From: Candidatus Korarchaeum cryptofilum OPF8
GTDB taxonomy: Archaea; Korarchaeota; Korarchaeia; Korarchaeales; Korarchaeaceae
DNA length: 32,000 nt
Reading direction: 5' to 3'
Assembly (NCBI RefSeq): GCF_000019605.1
Contig: NC_010482.1
Coordinates: 900,001 to 932,000 of the forward strand
Shown: piece after piece, positions 1 to 6,263 of the stretch
Position numbering within the stretch: the first letter of the stretch is position 1
Layout: every line of letters starts with the position of its first letter
Made by a program: the position numbers and the translations under genes
The notes under the pieces: model-generated
What the model was told of the DNA's origin: nothing
Database searches by the model: none
The model's input: only the letters and a program-made list of their open reading frames with translations

Positions 1-2
1 TT

Positions 3-167
3 GTGAAGGAGTTGAAAGAGGGAGAAGCTATCCTGCTCATTTTGGATGACTCTGCCTTCCCAGTGAAAGCTGCAGAGGCTTTAGCGAGGAAACTGGGACT
101 TGAATTCGAGCGATTGGGGAGGGAGGGGGATCTCGAGAGATGTATAGCATTCAAACCCGATAGATGA
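3..167 (+). CDS. 3-prime end (54 codons) of a gene running off the window start; tentatively a TusA/SirA-like small alpha/beta protein
   Basis: Frame 3 is open from the window edge to TGA at 165-167. It translates VKELKEGEAILLILDDSAFPVKAAEALARKLGLEFERLGREGDLERCIAFKPDR, which resembles the C-terminal half of TusA/SirA-type proteins. Too short to appear in the supplied ORF track. Confidence 0.4.
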   Translation: MKELKEGEAILLILDDSAFPVKAAEALARKLGLEFERLGREGDLERCIAFKPDR

Positions 168-430
168 AAAGATGAACGGGAAATCTATATGATTATTTTA
201 TATTATTTTCTTTTAAGTTAAAACATATCATTGGAGCATTCTGCATCAGTCTGGGACTTCTTGAGAACCTCCTAAGTTCATATAAGTGAAATATATTGAG
301 GTATATTCTCTGAATGGAATTAATGGCATATAAGGATTAATACACATAGATATTCAATGAAGCGAGTTCTATGGAAAATCTTTTGTCTTTTTTCTGAAAC
401 TTTCTCGATTTTATTTTTATTATAATGATT

Positions 431-444
431 AAGGAGATCTCCTT
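431..444. promoter_or_regulatory. Perfect 14-nt palindrome AAGGAGATCTCCTT upstream of the FtsZ-paralog operon promoter; candidate dimeric regulator site
   Basis: Read directly at 431-444. It lies about 30-40 nt upstream of the A/T-rich TATA-like block at 471-497. Confidence 0.3.
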
Positions 445-470
445 CCACTCCGCAAAAATGCCCCCATAGC

Positions 471-497
471 TTTACATAAAATATATATAAAAATTTC
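471..497 (+). promoter_or_regulatory. TATA/BRE-like A/T block, likely promoter of the FtsZ-paralog operon
   Basis: tttacataaaatatatataaaaattt is the strongest TATA-like element in the 430-nt A/T-rich intergenic region. It predicts a 5-prime UTR of about 75-100 nt ending at a GGAGGT Shine-Dalgarno site (583-588). Confidence 0.45.
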
Positions 498-512
498 GTC
501 AATCTTTGCGGT

Positions 513-534
513 GGTTGGTGGTCCCGCACCAACC
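513..534 (+). promoter_or_regulatory. GC-rich stem-loop in the predicted 5-prime leader of the FtsZ-paralog operon
   Basis: GGTTGGTG (513-520), loop gtcccg, then CACCAACC (527-534) give an 8-bp perfect stem. It is extendable by GC/GC across a 3-nt bulge. It forms a GC island inside an otherwise A/T-rich spacer. Confidence 0.4.
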
Positions 535-596
535 GCTGAGAGGGAGCGAGGCTATGAGCCGAAGTTTTCGTCCTATAAAATGGGAGGTAAGTGAAG

Positions 597-1610
597 ATGG
601 CTAGCAGTAGGGCCGGTCTTCCAACGAGATTTGAGGAAATACCAACTAAAATCACTGTTTTGGGCGTTGGAGGAGCAGGAATAAAGGCTATTGATAGCTT
701 AGCAAGATCTGGAATGGAATTGGCGAAATTAGTCGCTTTAGACTCTGATCTGAATGCCCTAAGGCAGGTCAAGGCACATGAGATCATCCAGGTCGGGGAG
801 AATACGCTTAGGGGGAGAGGAAGCGGAGGAGATATAAGCCTAGCCCAGAAAGCAGTCGATGAGGATTTAGACAAGGTTATAAGGACTCTAGATGTCTGCG
901 ACCTCCTCATAGCTGTAGCTGGACTTGGCGGAGGTATGGGAAGCGGTGGATTGCCATATCTCCTGAGGGCGATAAGGGATCAGTATGGGGATAAAGCCCC
1001 GGCTATGATATCTATCGTAACGATTCCCTTCAGGTATGAAGGGCAGACGAAGATGAAGAATGTCCAGTCGGGATTGAGGGAAATAGTTGTCGTGAACGAT
1101 AGTGTCGTGGTGAACATGAACGATGTCCTCCTTGAGAAATTCGGTGAGATGCCTGCTCAAGTTGCTTACTCGAGGATGGACAATATACTGAAGATGGCCA
1201 TAAATTACATAGTTGAGATGCTGGATCCCAGGGACACTTTGCAGAGGCTCGACTTCCCAGATCTCAAGGGGATGATAGAGAGATCCGGGATAGGGTTCAT
1301 AGGCATAGGTTCCCACAGGAGCGTCAGGAAAGCTGTTGAAAGCGCTATAGATACTAGGTTGCTAGACGCAGAGCCAACTTCAGCCTCAGGTTATCTCCTC
1401 TACATCAAGATACCGCCAACTGCGAGTCTTTCGGAGGTCATAGATGGGCCTAGGCTCATAACGGAGAAGTATGATGTCGAGAGAATTTCATTCGGGGCTA
1501 GATTGAACCCCATGCTCAGAACACCGGAGTCCTTCGTTTACGCTACTGGCGTCGACTCTCCCTTCGTGAAGGAGATGATAGGAGATGTTAAAGAGCTCTT
1601 GAGGGAGTGA
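597..1610 (+). CDS. FtsZ/tubulin-superfamily GTPase, paralog 1 (tail-less, divergent)
   Basis: ORF 591-1610. ATG 597 lies 8 nt after GGAGGT (583-588), and GTG 591 is also in frame. Ordered FtsZ motifs are GVGGAG (T1), ALDSDLNAL, GRGSGGDISLA (T3-like), GLGGGMGSGG (T4 tubulin signature), IVTIPFRYEG, T7 region RLDFPD (1245-1262) and GIGFIGIG at the C-domain start. Confidence 0.9.
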   Translation: MASSRAGLPTRFEEIPTKITVLGVGGAGIKAIDSLARSGMELAKLVALDSDLNALRQVKAHEIIQVGENTLRGRGSGGDISLAQKAVDEDLDKVIRTLDVCDLLIAVAGLGGGMGSGGLPYLLRAIRDQYGDKAPAMISIVTIPFRYEGQTKMKNVQSGLREIVVVNDSVVVNMNDVLLEKFGEMPAQVAYSRMDNILKMAINYIVEMLDPRDTLQRLDFPDLKGMIERSGIGFIGIGSHRSVRKAVESAIDTRLLDAEPTSASGYLLYIKIPPTASLSEVIDGPRLITEKYDVERISFGARLNPMLRTPESFVYATGVDSPFVKEMIGDVKELLRE

Positions 1611-2635
1611 TGAGAATGGCTATCAGGGGAAGGATGGTCGATAGAGGGTTGGAGAGTGTAGAGAAAGCGACCGAGGCCAAGATAAATATAGTGGGCATTG
1701 GAGGATGCGGCAATAACATAATAAGCGCATTTTACAAGAAGTTCCCGAAGAACGTAAAGACGATAGCTGTCAATACTGATTCCGCTGTACTGAAGAAGGC
1801 CGATGCCGATGAGAAGGTCTTAATAGGAAGGTATACTCACAAGGGAAGGGGAGCCCAGGGAGTACCTGATCTAGGGAGAGAGGCGATGGAGGAGGATATA
1901 GAAAGCGTATTAAGAGCTTTGGATGAGAACGTGGGCATCGTTATAGGCATAGCTGGGATGGGAGGCGGAACTGGTTCAGGAGGTCTCCCGGTGCTCATGA
2001 GGGAGATAGGCTTGAGGAAGAGAGAGGTGATAAAGATCTCGGTGGTCACATTACCAATGAGGGAAGAGGGAGAGGAGAGGAAGAGAAATGCCCAATTCTC
2101 ATTGAAGGAGACCTTAGAGGTTTCCGATGTGACTGTCGTAAATGCTAACGACTTAGCTATGGAGAAAGCGAAAAGCGTGGATCTCAACTATGCATTCTCA
2201 ATGGTCAATAGGAAGATAGAGAGGAGCATCTATGCTCTCGTTAAGATGCAGAGCTCAGAGACAGGACCTGGCTACGTTAACGTTGATCTGAGCAATTTCG
2301 CGAGGATATCCTATCAGTCTGGCTTGGGCTTCATAGGAGTGGGGAGAGGTCGCTATATATTCGAGGCTTTCGATGATGCCCTGCAGGATGATTATGCCAA
2401 GTGTGACTTAACGGAGGCCAAGGGAGCGATAATATACTTTGAGGGCAAATCCGTCGACCTGAGGGTGGATCAGATGAGGGAAGCGACTGATATATTGAGC
2501 AGAAGGTACAGGATTCCCACTGTGTTCATGGGAGTCAGGCCTACCTTCGAGTACCCTGATGTGAGGGTCAACCTCCTCGTGACTCAGGTGAGGTCTCACT
2601 ATGTGGATGATTTTTTAGCTGAGTTAGGTTTGTGA
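1607..2635 (+). CDS. FtsZ/tubulin-superfamily GTPase, paralog 2
   Basis: The start overlaps the paralog-1 stop. Candidate starts are GTG 1607, ATG 1610 and ATG 1616, and ATG 1616 has the best spacing to GGGAGTGAT. Motifs are GIGGCGNN, AVNTDSAVL, GRGAQGVPDLG, GMGGGTGSGG, VVTLPMREEG, T7 NVDLSN (2279-2296) and GLGFIGVG. Confidence 0.9.
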   Translation: MMRMAIRGRMVDRGLESVEKATEAKINIVGIGGCGNNIISAFYKKFPKNVKTIAVNTDSAVLKKADADEKVLIGRYTHKGRGAQGVPDLGREAMEEDIESVLRALDENVGIVIGIAGMGGGTGSGGLPVLMREIGLRKREVIKISVVTLPMREEGEERKRNAQFSLKETLEVSDVTVVNANDLAMEKAKSVDLNYAFSMVNRKIERSIYALVKMQSSETGPGYVNVDLSNFARISYQSGLGFIGVGRGRYIFEAFDDALQDDYAKCDLTEAKGAIIYFEGKSVDLRVDQMREATDILSRRYRIPTVFMGVRPTFEYPDVRVNLLVTQVRSHYVDDFLAELGL

Positions 2636-2644
2636 GTTGGGGGG

Positions 2645-2953
2645 ATGGATATGTTCCGTAGGAAGAAAGAGGAAGAGAAATCGCCTGCTCAACCTCCCGT
2701 TCAACCTCCTGTTCAGCCTGAGCCTCGAGTATCCGTTGCTGAGCTGGTTAACAGGTACTTAGATGAGAACAAGGGAGAGGTCTCACTCGCATGGTTCGCG
2801 AGGCAGGAGAAGTTCCCATATATACCTCCCCTATTAGCGGTCAAGGAATACGTTGAGGCGAAGGGAGGAAGCGTATCAGATATGGAAGAGCTGAGGAGGA
2901 CTTATATGAGGATACTGGAGTCCAAGATGGCATCTATGGGAAGCGCGCTATGA
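2645..2953 (+). CDS. Small operon-embedded protein (102 aa): basic N-terminus, QPPV repeat linker, about 65-aa helical C-terminal domain; function unknown
   Basis: ORF begins 9 nt after the paralog-2 stop and is preceded by GGGGGAT. No competing ORF, and codon usage matches its neighbours. Sequence begins MDMFRRKKEEEKSPAQPPVQPPVQPEP. Confidence 0.7.
   Translation: MDMFRRKKEEEKSPAQPPVQPPVQPEPRVSVAELVNRYLDENKGEVSLAWFARQEKFPYIPPLLAVKEYVEAKGGSVSDMEELRRTYMRILESKMASMGSAL
2690..2719 (+). repeat. In-frame tandem repeat encoding QPPV-QPPV-QP
   Basis: caacctcccgtt (2690-2701) and caacctcctgtt (2702-2713), followed by cagcct. Confidence 0.8.
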
Positions 2954-2964
2954 GGTGAGCTTCA

Positions 2965-3960
2965 ATGATGTCTAGGTCCGAGTTAGCTAGGGCTTCCGAG
3001 CTCTCCGCCCTCAAGATGGTGCTAGTGGGCGTTGGAGGATGCGGTAACAATACAGTGAACAATGTAAAGAGGTACGGTGTCAGAGTTCCAACTGTCGCGG
3101 TCAATACTGACGCTCCCACGCTGCAGAGGATAAGTGCTGACATAAAGATATTGATCGGGGAAGGCGCTCACAAGGGAAGGGGAGCCGCTGGTTCGCCAGA
3201 GCTAGGCAGGCAAATAGCGGAGCAGGATATGGACAAGATATTAGCCCCGCTGAGGGACAAGGAACTCATAATGATAACTGCAGGCATGGGAGGAGGTACA
3301 GGGACAGGAGCTGGACCGACGATAGCTGAAGCTATCAAGGAGAAGTTCCCGGACAAGATAGTCATAGGGATAGTCACTTTACCTTTCACATCTGAGGGGC
3401 CGACTAGGATAAGGAACGCCCAGTGGGGCCTCTCCAGGATGCTCGACTCCGCTGATATGACTGTAGTCAATGCTAACGATTTACTCAAGGAGAGGGCAGG
3501 TAACTTACCAGTTAGCCAGGCTTTCAGGGAAATGGACAAGCTCCTAGTCGATATAATAGATTCTATAGTGGGTCTCCAGGATATAGTACCGCAGCCGGGT
3601 CTCGTGAACATAGATTACAGCAATATGGAAGTCTTAGTGAGGGGCTCTGGCTTGGGCTTCATAGGTATAGGGAGAGGGAGAAGCTCGATGGAAGCTTTCA
3701 GAAATGCATTAGCTGCGAATTACAGCCAGGCAGATATAAGGAACGCTAAGGGAGCTATAGTCTACGTTGAGGGCAATCAATCGCAGCTGGTGATGAGGGA
3801 GCTCGACAGGATACCTCAAATGCTTTCGAGCGATTACAATATAATGAGCATATTCTGGGGAATAAAGCCGAACTGGAAGCTCTATGAACCCAAGATAATG
3901 CTTCTGGCGACTGGAGTTAGATCTGAGCTCGTCGATAGATGGTTACAAGGAGGGATATGA
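2965..3960 (+). CDS. FtsZ/tubulin-superfamily GTPase, paralog 3
   Basis: GAGGTGA precedes ATG 2965. Motifs are GVGGCGNN, AVNTDAPTL, GRGAAGSPELG, GMGGGTGTGAGP, IVTLPFTSEG, T7 NIDYSN (3607-3624) and GLGFIGIG. It is the closest relative of paralog 2, sharing a 19-nt identical stretch at 1837-1855 and 3168-3186. Confidence 0.9.
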   Translation: MMSRSELARASELSALKMVLVGVGGCGNNTVNNVKRYGVRVPTVAVNTDAPTLQRISADIKILIGEGAHKGRGAAGSPELGRQIAEQDMDKILAPLRDKELIMITAGMGGGTGTGAGPTIAEAIKEKFPDKIVIGIVTLPFTSEGPTRIRNAQWGLSRMLDSADMTVVNANDLLKERAGNLPVSQAFREMDKLLVDIIDSIVGLQDIVPQPGLVNIDYSNMEVLVRGSGLGFIGIGRGRSSMEAFRNALAANYSQADIRNAKGAIVYVEGNQSQLVMRELDRIPQMLSSDYNIMSIFWGIKPNWKLYEPKIMLLATGVRSELVDRWLQGGI

Positions 3961-4196
3961 TGATCAAGAGGGAGGAGGTAGTGGGAAAGGAGGTAATAGA
4001 TAGCTCAGGGAGGAGGGTAGGGGTAGTGGATGATGTCGTCATAGATCAGGAGGGAAAGGCTAGCCTCCTCGTCAGGGTGAAGATAGTTAGAGGAGGAAGT
4101 GAGAAAGTCCTGGAGTACACACTCCCCCCATCAAATATTTTAGCTGTTGGTGATGTTGTTTTAGTTAAAGGTATTGTGGAGGTGAGGAGGAAATGA
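3957..4196 (+). CDS. Stand-alone PRC-barrel domain protein (about 79 aa)
   Basis: ATG 3957 overlaps the paralog-3 stop (ATATGATG) and follows GGAGGGA. The longer track ORF starts at 3939. MMIKREEVVGKEVIDSSGRRVGVVDDVVIDQEGKASLLVRV...LPPSNILAVGDVVLV matches the PRC-barrel pattern (G-x-x-V-x-D-x-x-G-x-x-[IV]-G-x-V-x-D-[VL]-x-[IV]-D). Confidence 0.8.
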   Translation: MMIKREEVVGKEVIDSSGRRVGVVDDVVIDQEGKASLLVRVKIVRGGSEKVLEYTLPPSNILAVGDVVLVKGIVEVRRK

Positions 4197-5182
4197 GTTG
4201 GAGGAGAGGAGAGCCCACTTCCCAGCTCAAGCTGGCTGTGGTGGGCATAGGAGGAGCAGGTTGCAACATGATAACGAACATCAAGAGGACCGGCTTCTCG
4301 GATGCGAAGCTGATAGCGGTTAATACCGATGCCGCCTCTCTCAGTGCAACGAAAGCGGATCATAAGGTGCTCGCGGGCGAATCTTTCCTAGGAGGAAGGA
4401 GCGCCAGAACTATAGAGAATGGGAAGAAAGCCATGGAGGCTGTTAAGGAGAACCTGATATCTATGCTGAGCGATAGGGAGCTCATAGTACTCTTAGCTGG
4501 TTTGGGAGGAGGTGCGGGAACAGGAGGAATAGTTACGTTAGCTGAGACGATAAAGGAGAGCTTACCGAATGCCCTAACGATAAGCTACGTTGTTATACCA
4601 TTCGCGAGCGAGGGAGAGGTGAGGATAAACAATGCGAAGTACGGTCTCTCCGAGATAATAGATCTCTCCGATGTCACTTGGGTAGCTTTCAATGATGTGC
4701 TGAAGAGGAAGTTCACGAACATGCCGCTGACTAGGGCATATAAGATGATGGATGATAGGCTCTTCAACGTCATAAGAGGTCTGGCTTCCCTTCAGAACCT
4801 CTCACCGCTTCCGGGGATGCAGAATGTCGATTTTGCGATAATGAAGGAAATTGCCAAGGGATCTGGCTTAGGTTACGCTGGATTCGGGGAAGGGAGGACA
4901 GCAAGAGAGGCATTCGAGTCTTCCTTAGTTGATCCCTTCGGAGATGCTGATCACAAGGGAGCTAAGGGTGTAGTTGGGATACTTGAGTCCACTGAGACAG
5001 CTGTCTCGGTTGAGGGGATGACATACGTTCAGGATGTCCTAACGACTAACCTGGGAATACCTGAGGTCTACTTCGGTCTCAAGCCGAGCATAGAGATGAC
5101 CACTCCCAAGGTCACTGTCTACACATTCGGAGTTAAGTCAAGGATGGTGGAGGACTTCCTGAGTTCTATGGGAGGTGGCTAA
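4193..5182 (+). CDS. FtsZ/tubulin-superfamily GTPase, paralog 4 (most degenerate T3 region)
   Basis: ATGA overlap with the PRC-barrel gene stop. Motifs are GIGGAGCN, AVNTDAASL, GLGGGAGTGG, VVIPFASEG, T7 NVDFAI (4823-4840) and GLGYAGFG. The T3-equivalent reads GGRSARTIENG rather than G-x-G-x-G-x-x-P. Confidence 0.88.
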   Translation: MSWRRGEPTSQLKLAVVGIGGAGCNMITNIKRTGFSDAKLIAVNTDAASLSATKADHKVLAGESFLGGRSARTIENGKKAMEAVKENLISMLSDRELIVLLAGLGGGAGTGGIVTLAETIKESLPNALTISYVVIPFASEGEVRINNAKYGLSEIIDLSDVTWVAFNDVLKRKFTNMPLTRAYKMMDDRLFNVIRGLASLQNLSPLPGMQNVDFAIMKEIAKGSGLGYAGFGEGRTAREAFESSLVDPFGDADHKGAKGVVGILESTETAVSVEGMTYVQDVLTTNLGIPEVYFGLKPSIEMTTPKVTVYTFGVKSRMVEDFLSSMGGG

Positions 5183-5185
5183 GCA

Positions 5186-6157
5186 ATGTCAGGAGCTCCT
5201 GAGGGTGCCAGGGTAACGATGACGGTCGTAGGTGTAGGAGGGGCCGGTTGCAATACTTTAAACAGACTCAAGGAAGTAGGTGCGCCCGTAAAGACGATAG
5301 CAATACATACCGAAGCTAATCATCTAAAGGCGATCAAATCCGATGTCAAGCTTCTCGTCGGGGAAACAGTAACTGGCGGTTTCGGTAGCGGAGGCAACCC
5401 CAATGTGGGTGAGAGAGCTATAATGGCGGATCTGGATAGGATAATGGCAGCTATAGGTAGGCCGCACGTCCTCATAGTGACTGGAGGGCTAGGAGGAGGA
5501 ACCGCTTCGGGAGGAATTGCGCCTATACTCTCGGCAGTTAGGGACAGGTTCCCCGATGTCATAAGGATAGCTTTGGTCTCCTTCCCCTTCTCTTGGGAGG
5601 GGTTGGGAAAGGTAAATAACGCTAGATATGGCCTCTCGAGGATAATGGGGGTAGCGGATCTCACGATAGTGAACTTAAACGATATATTGAGCAGGAAGAT
5701 CGGGTACATACAGGTTCAATATGCATTCAAGTACGCTGACTCACTGCTAGCAGCTGTCATCTCAGATCTCGCTAACCTGTTCTACATGCCCCATGTGGTC
5801 AGCATAAGCTTCGCTGACTTCGAGGCTGTCGTTAGAGAGGCTGGCTTAGGTGCCGTAGGGCTTGGAGTCGGCGGAAGGGTTGCCGATGCAGCGAAGACAG
5901 CCCTAGGGAACATATTGCTCGACGCTGAGATAAAAGAAGCTGACTCCGCGCTAGTTTACTTGCAGGCGACTCCCAATACGAGCTTAGAGGAGGCTGGCTC
6001 TGCTACCAAGCTCCTAACTGAGGATTACCTCCTCGAGAGGGTCTACTGGGGATTCAGGATAGCTGAAGATCTCAACGAGCCCAGGATAACTATAATAGCC
6101 TCGGGCGTGAGGTCCCCAACGCTAGAAGGTCTGCTCGGGATCTCGGCCACTAGATAA
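5186..6157 (+). CDS. FtsZ/tubulin-superfamily GTPase, paralog 5
   Basis: Starts 3 nt after the paralog-4 stop, with GGAGGTGG upstream. Motifs are GVGGAGCN, AIHTEANHL, GGFGSGGNPNVG, GLGGGTASGG, VSFPFSWEG, T7 SISFAD (5801-5818) and GLGAVGLG. Confidence 0.88.
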   Translation: MSGAPEGARVTMTVVGVGGAGCNTLNRLKEVGAPVKTIAIHTEANHLKAIKSDVKLLVGETVTGGFGSGGNPNVGERAIMADLDRIMAAIGRPHVLIVTGGLGGGTASGGIAPILSAVRDRFPDVIRIALVSFPFSWEGLGKVNNARYGLSRIMGVADLTIVNLNDILSRKIGYIQVQYAFKYADSLLAAVISDLANLFYMPHVVSISFADFEAVVREAGLGAVGLGVGGRVADAAKTALGNILLDAEIKEADSALVYLQATPNTSLEEAGSATKLLTEDYLLERVYWGFRIAEDLNEPRITIIASGVRSPTLEGLLGISATR

Positions 6158-6162
6158 ACTAC

Positions 6163-6176
6163 TTTTTTTCTTTTTT
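6163..6176 (+). terminator. Oligo-T terminator of the FtsZ-paralog operon
   Basis: T7-C-T6 begins 6 nt after the TAA at 6155-6157. It is the first oligo-T tract after seven tightly packed genes. Confidence 0.65.
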
Positions 6177-6263
6177 GTCCGCAACTTTGGAAATTTTGCA
6201 GGAATCCTACCCGAAATTTGGAGCGAATATTTTTATCTCGGTCAGGCATTCTCATCCGGAATC

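Noticed and set aside
572-582. TATA-like CCTATAAAATG immediately upstream of FtsZ paralog 1 as the operon promoter
   Set aside because: It is only about 15-20 nt from ATG 597. The predicted transcription start would fall downstream of the start codon and of the GGAGGT SD, and no alternative in-frame start exists before the T1 motif. The 471-497 block is the better promoter candidate.
320-910. 196-aa minus-strand ORF spanning the intergenic region and the start of FtsZ paralog 1
   Set aside because: It overlaps a motif-supported plus-strand gene. The translation is low-complexity with no motif. Its upstream half lies in an A/T-rich promoter region. It is most likely an antisense artefact.
888-5709. 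Series of 116-147 aa minus-strand ORFs inside the FtsZ paralog genes (888-1316, 1837-2187, 3168-3611, 5320-5709 and others)
   Set aside because: Each is antisense to a gene with strong family motifs. Purine-rich, GGN/GAN/AGG-rich sense codons suppress stop codons on the opposite strand. The translations are Pro/Ser/Leu-rich with no start context.
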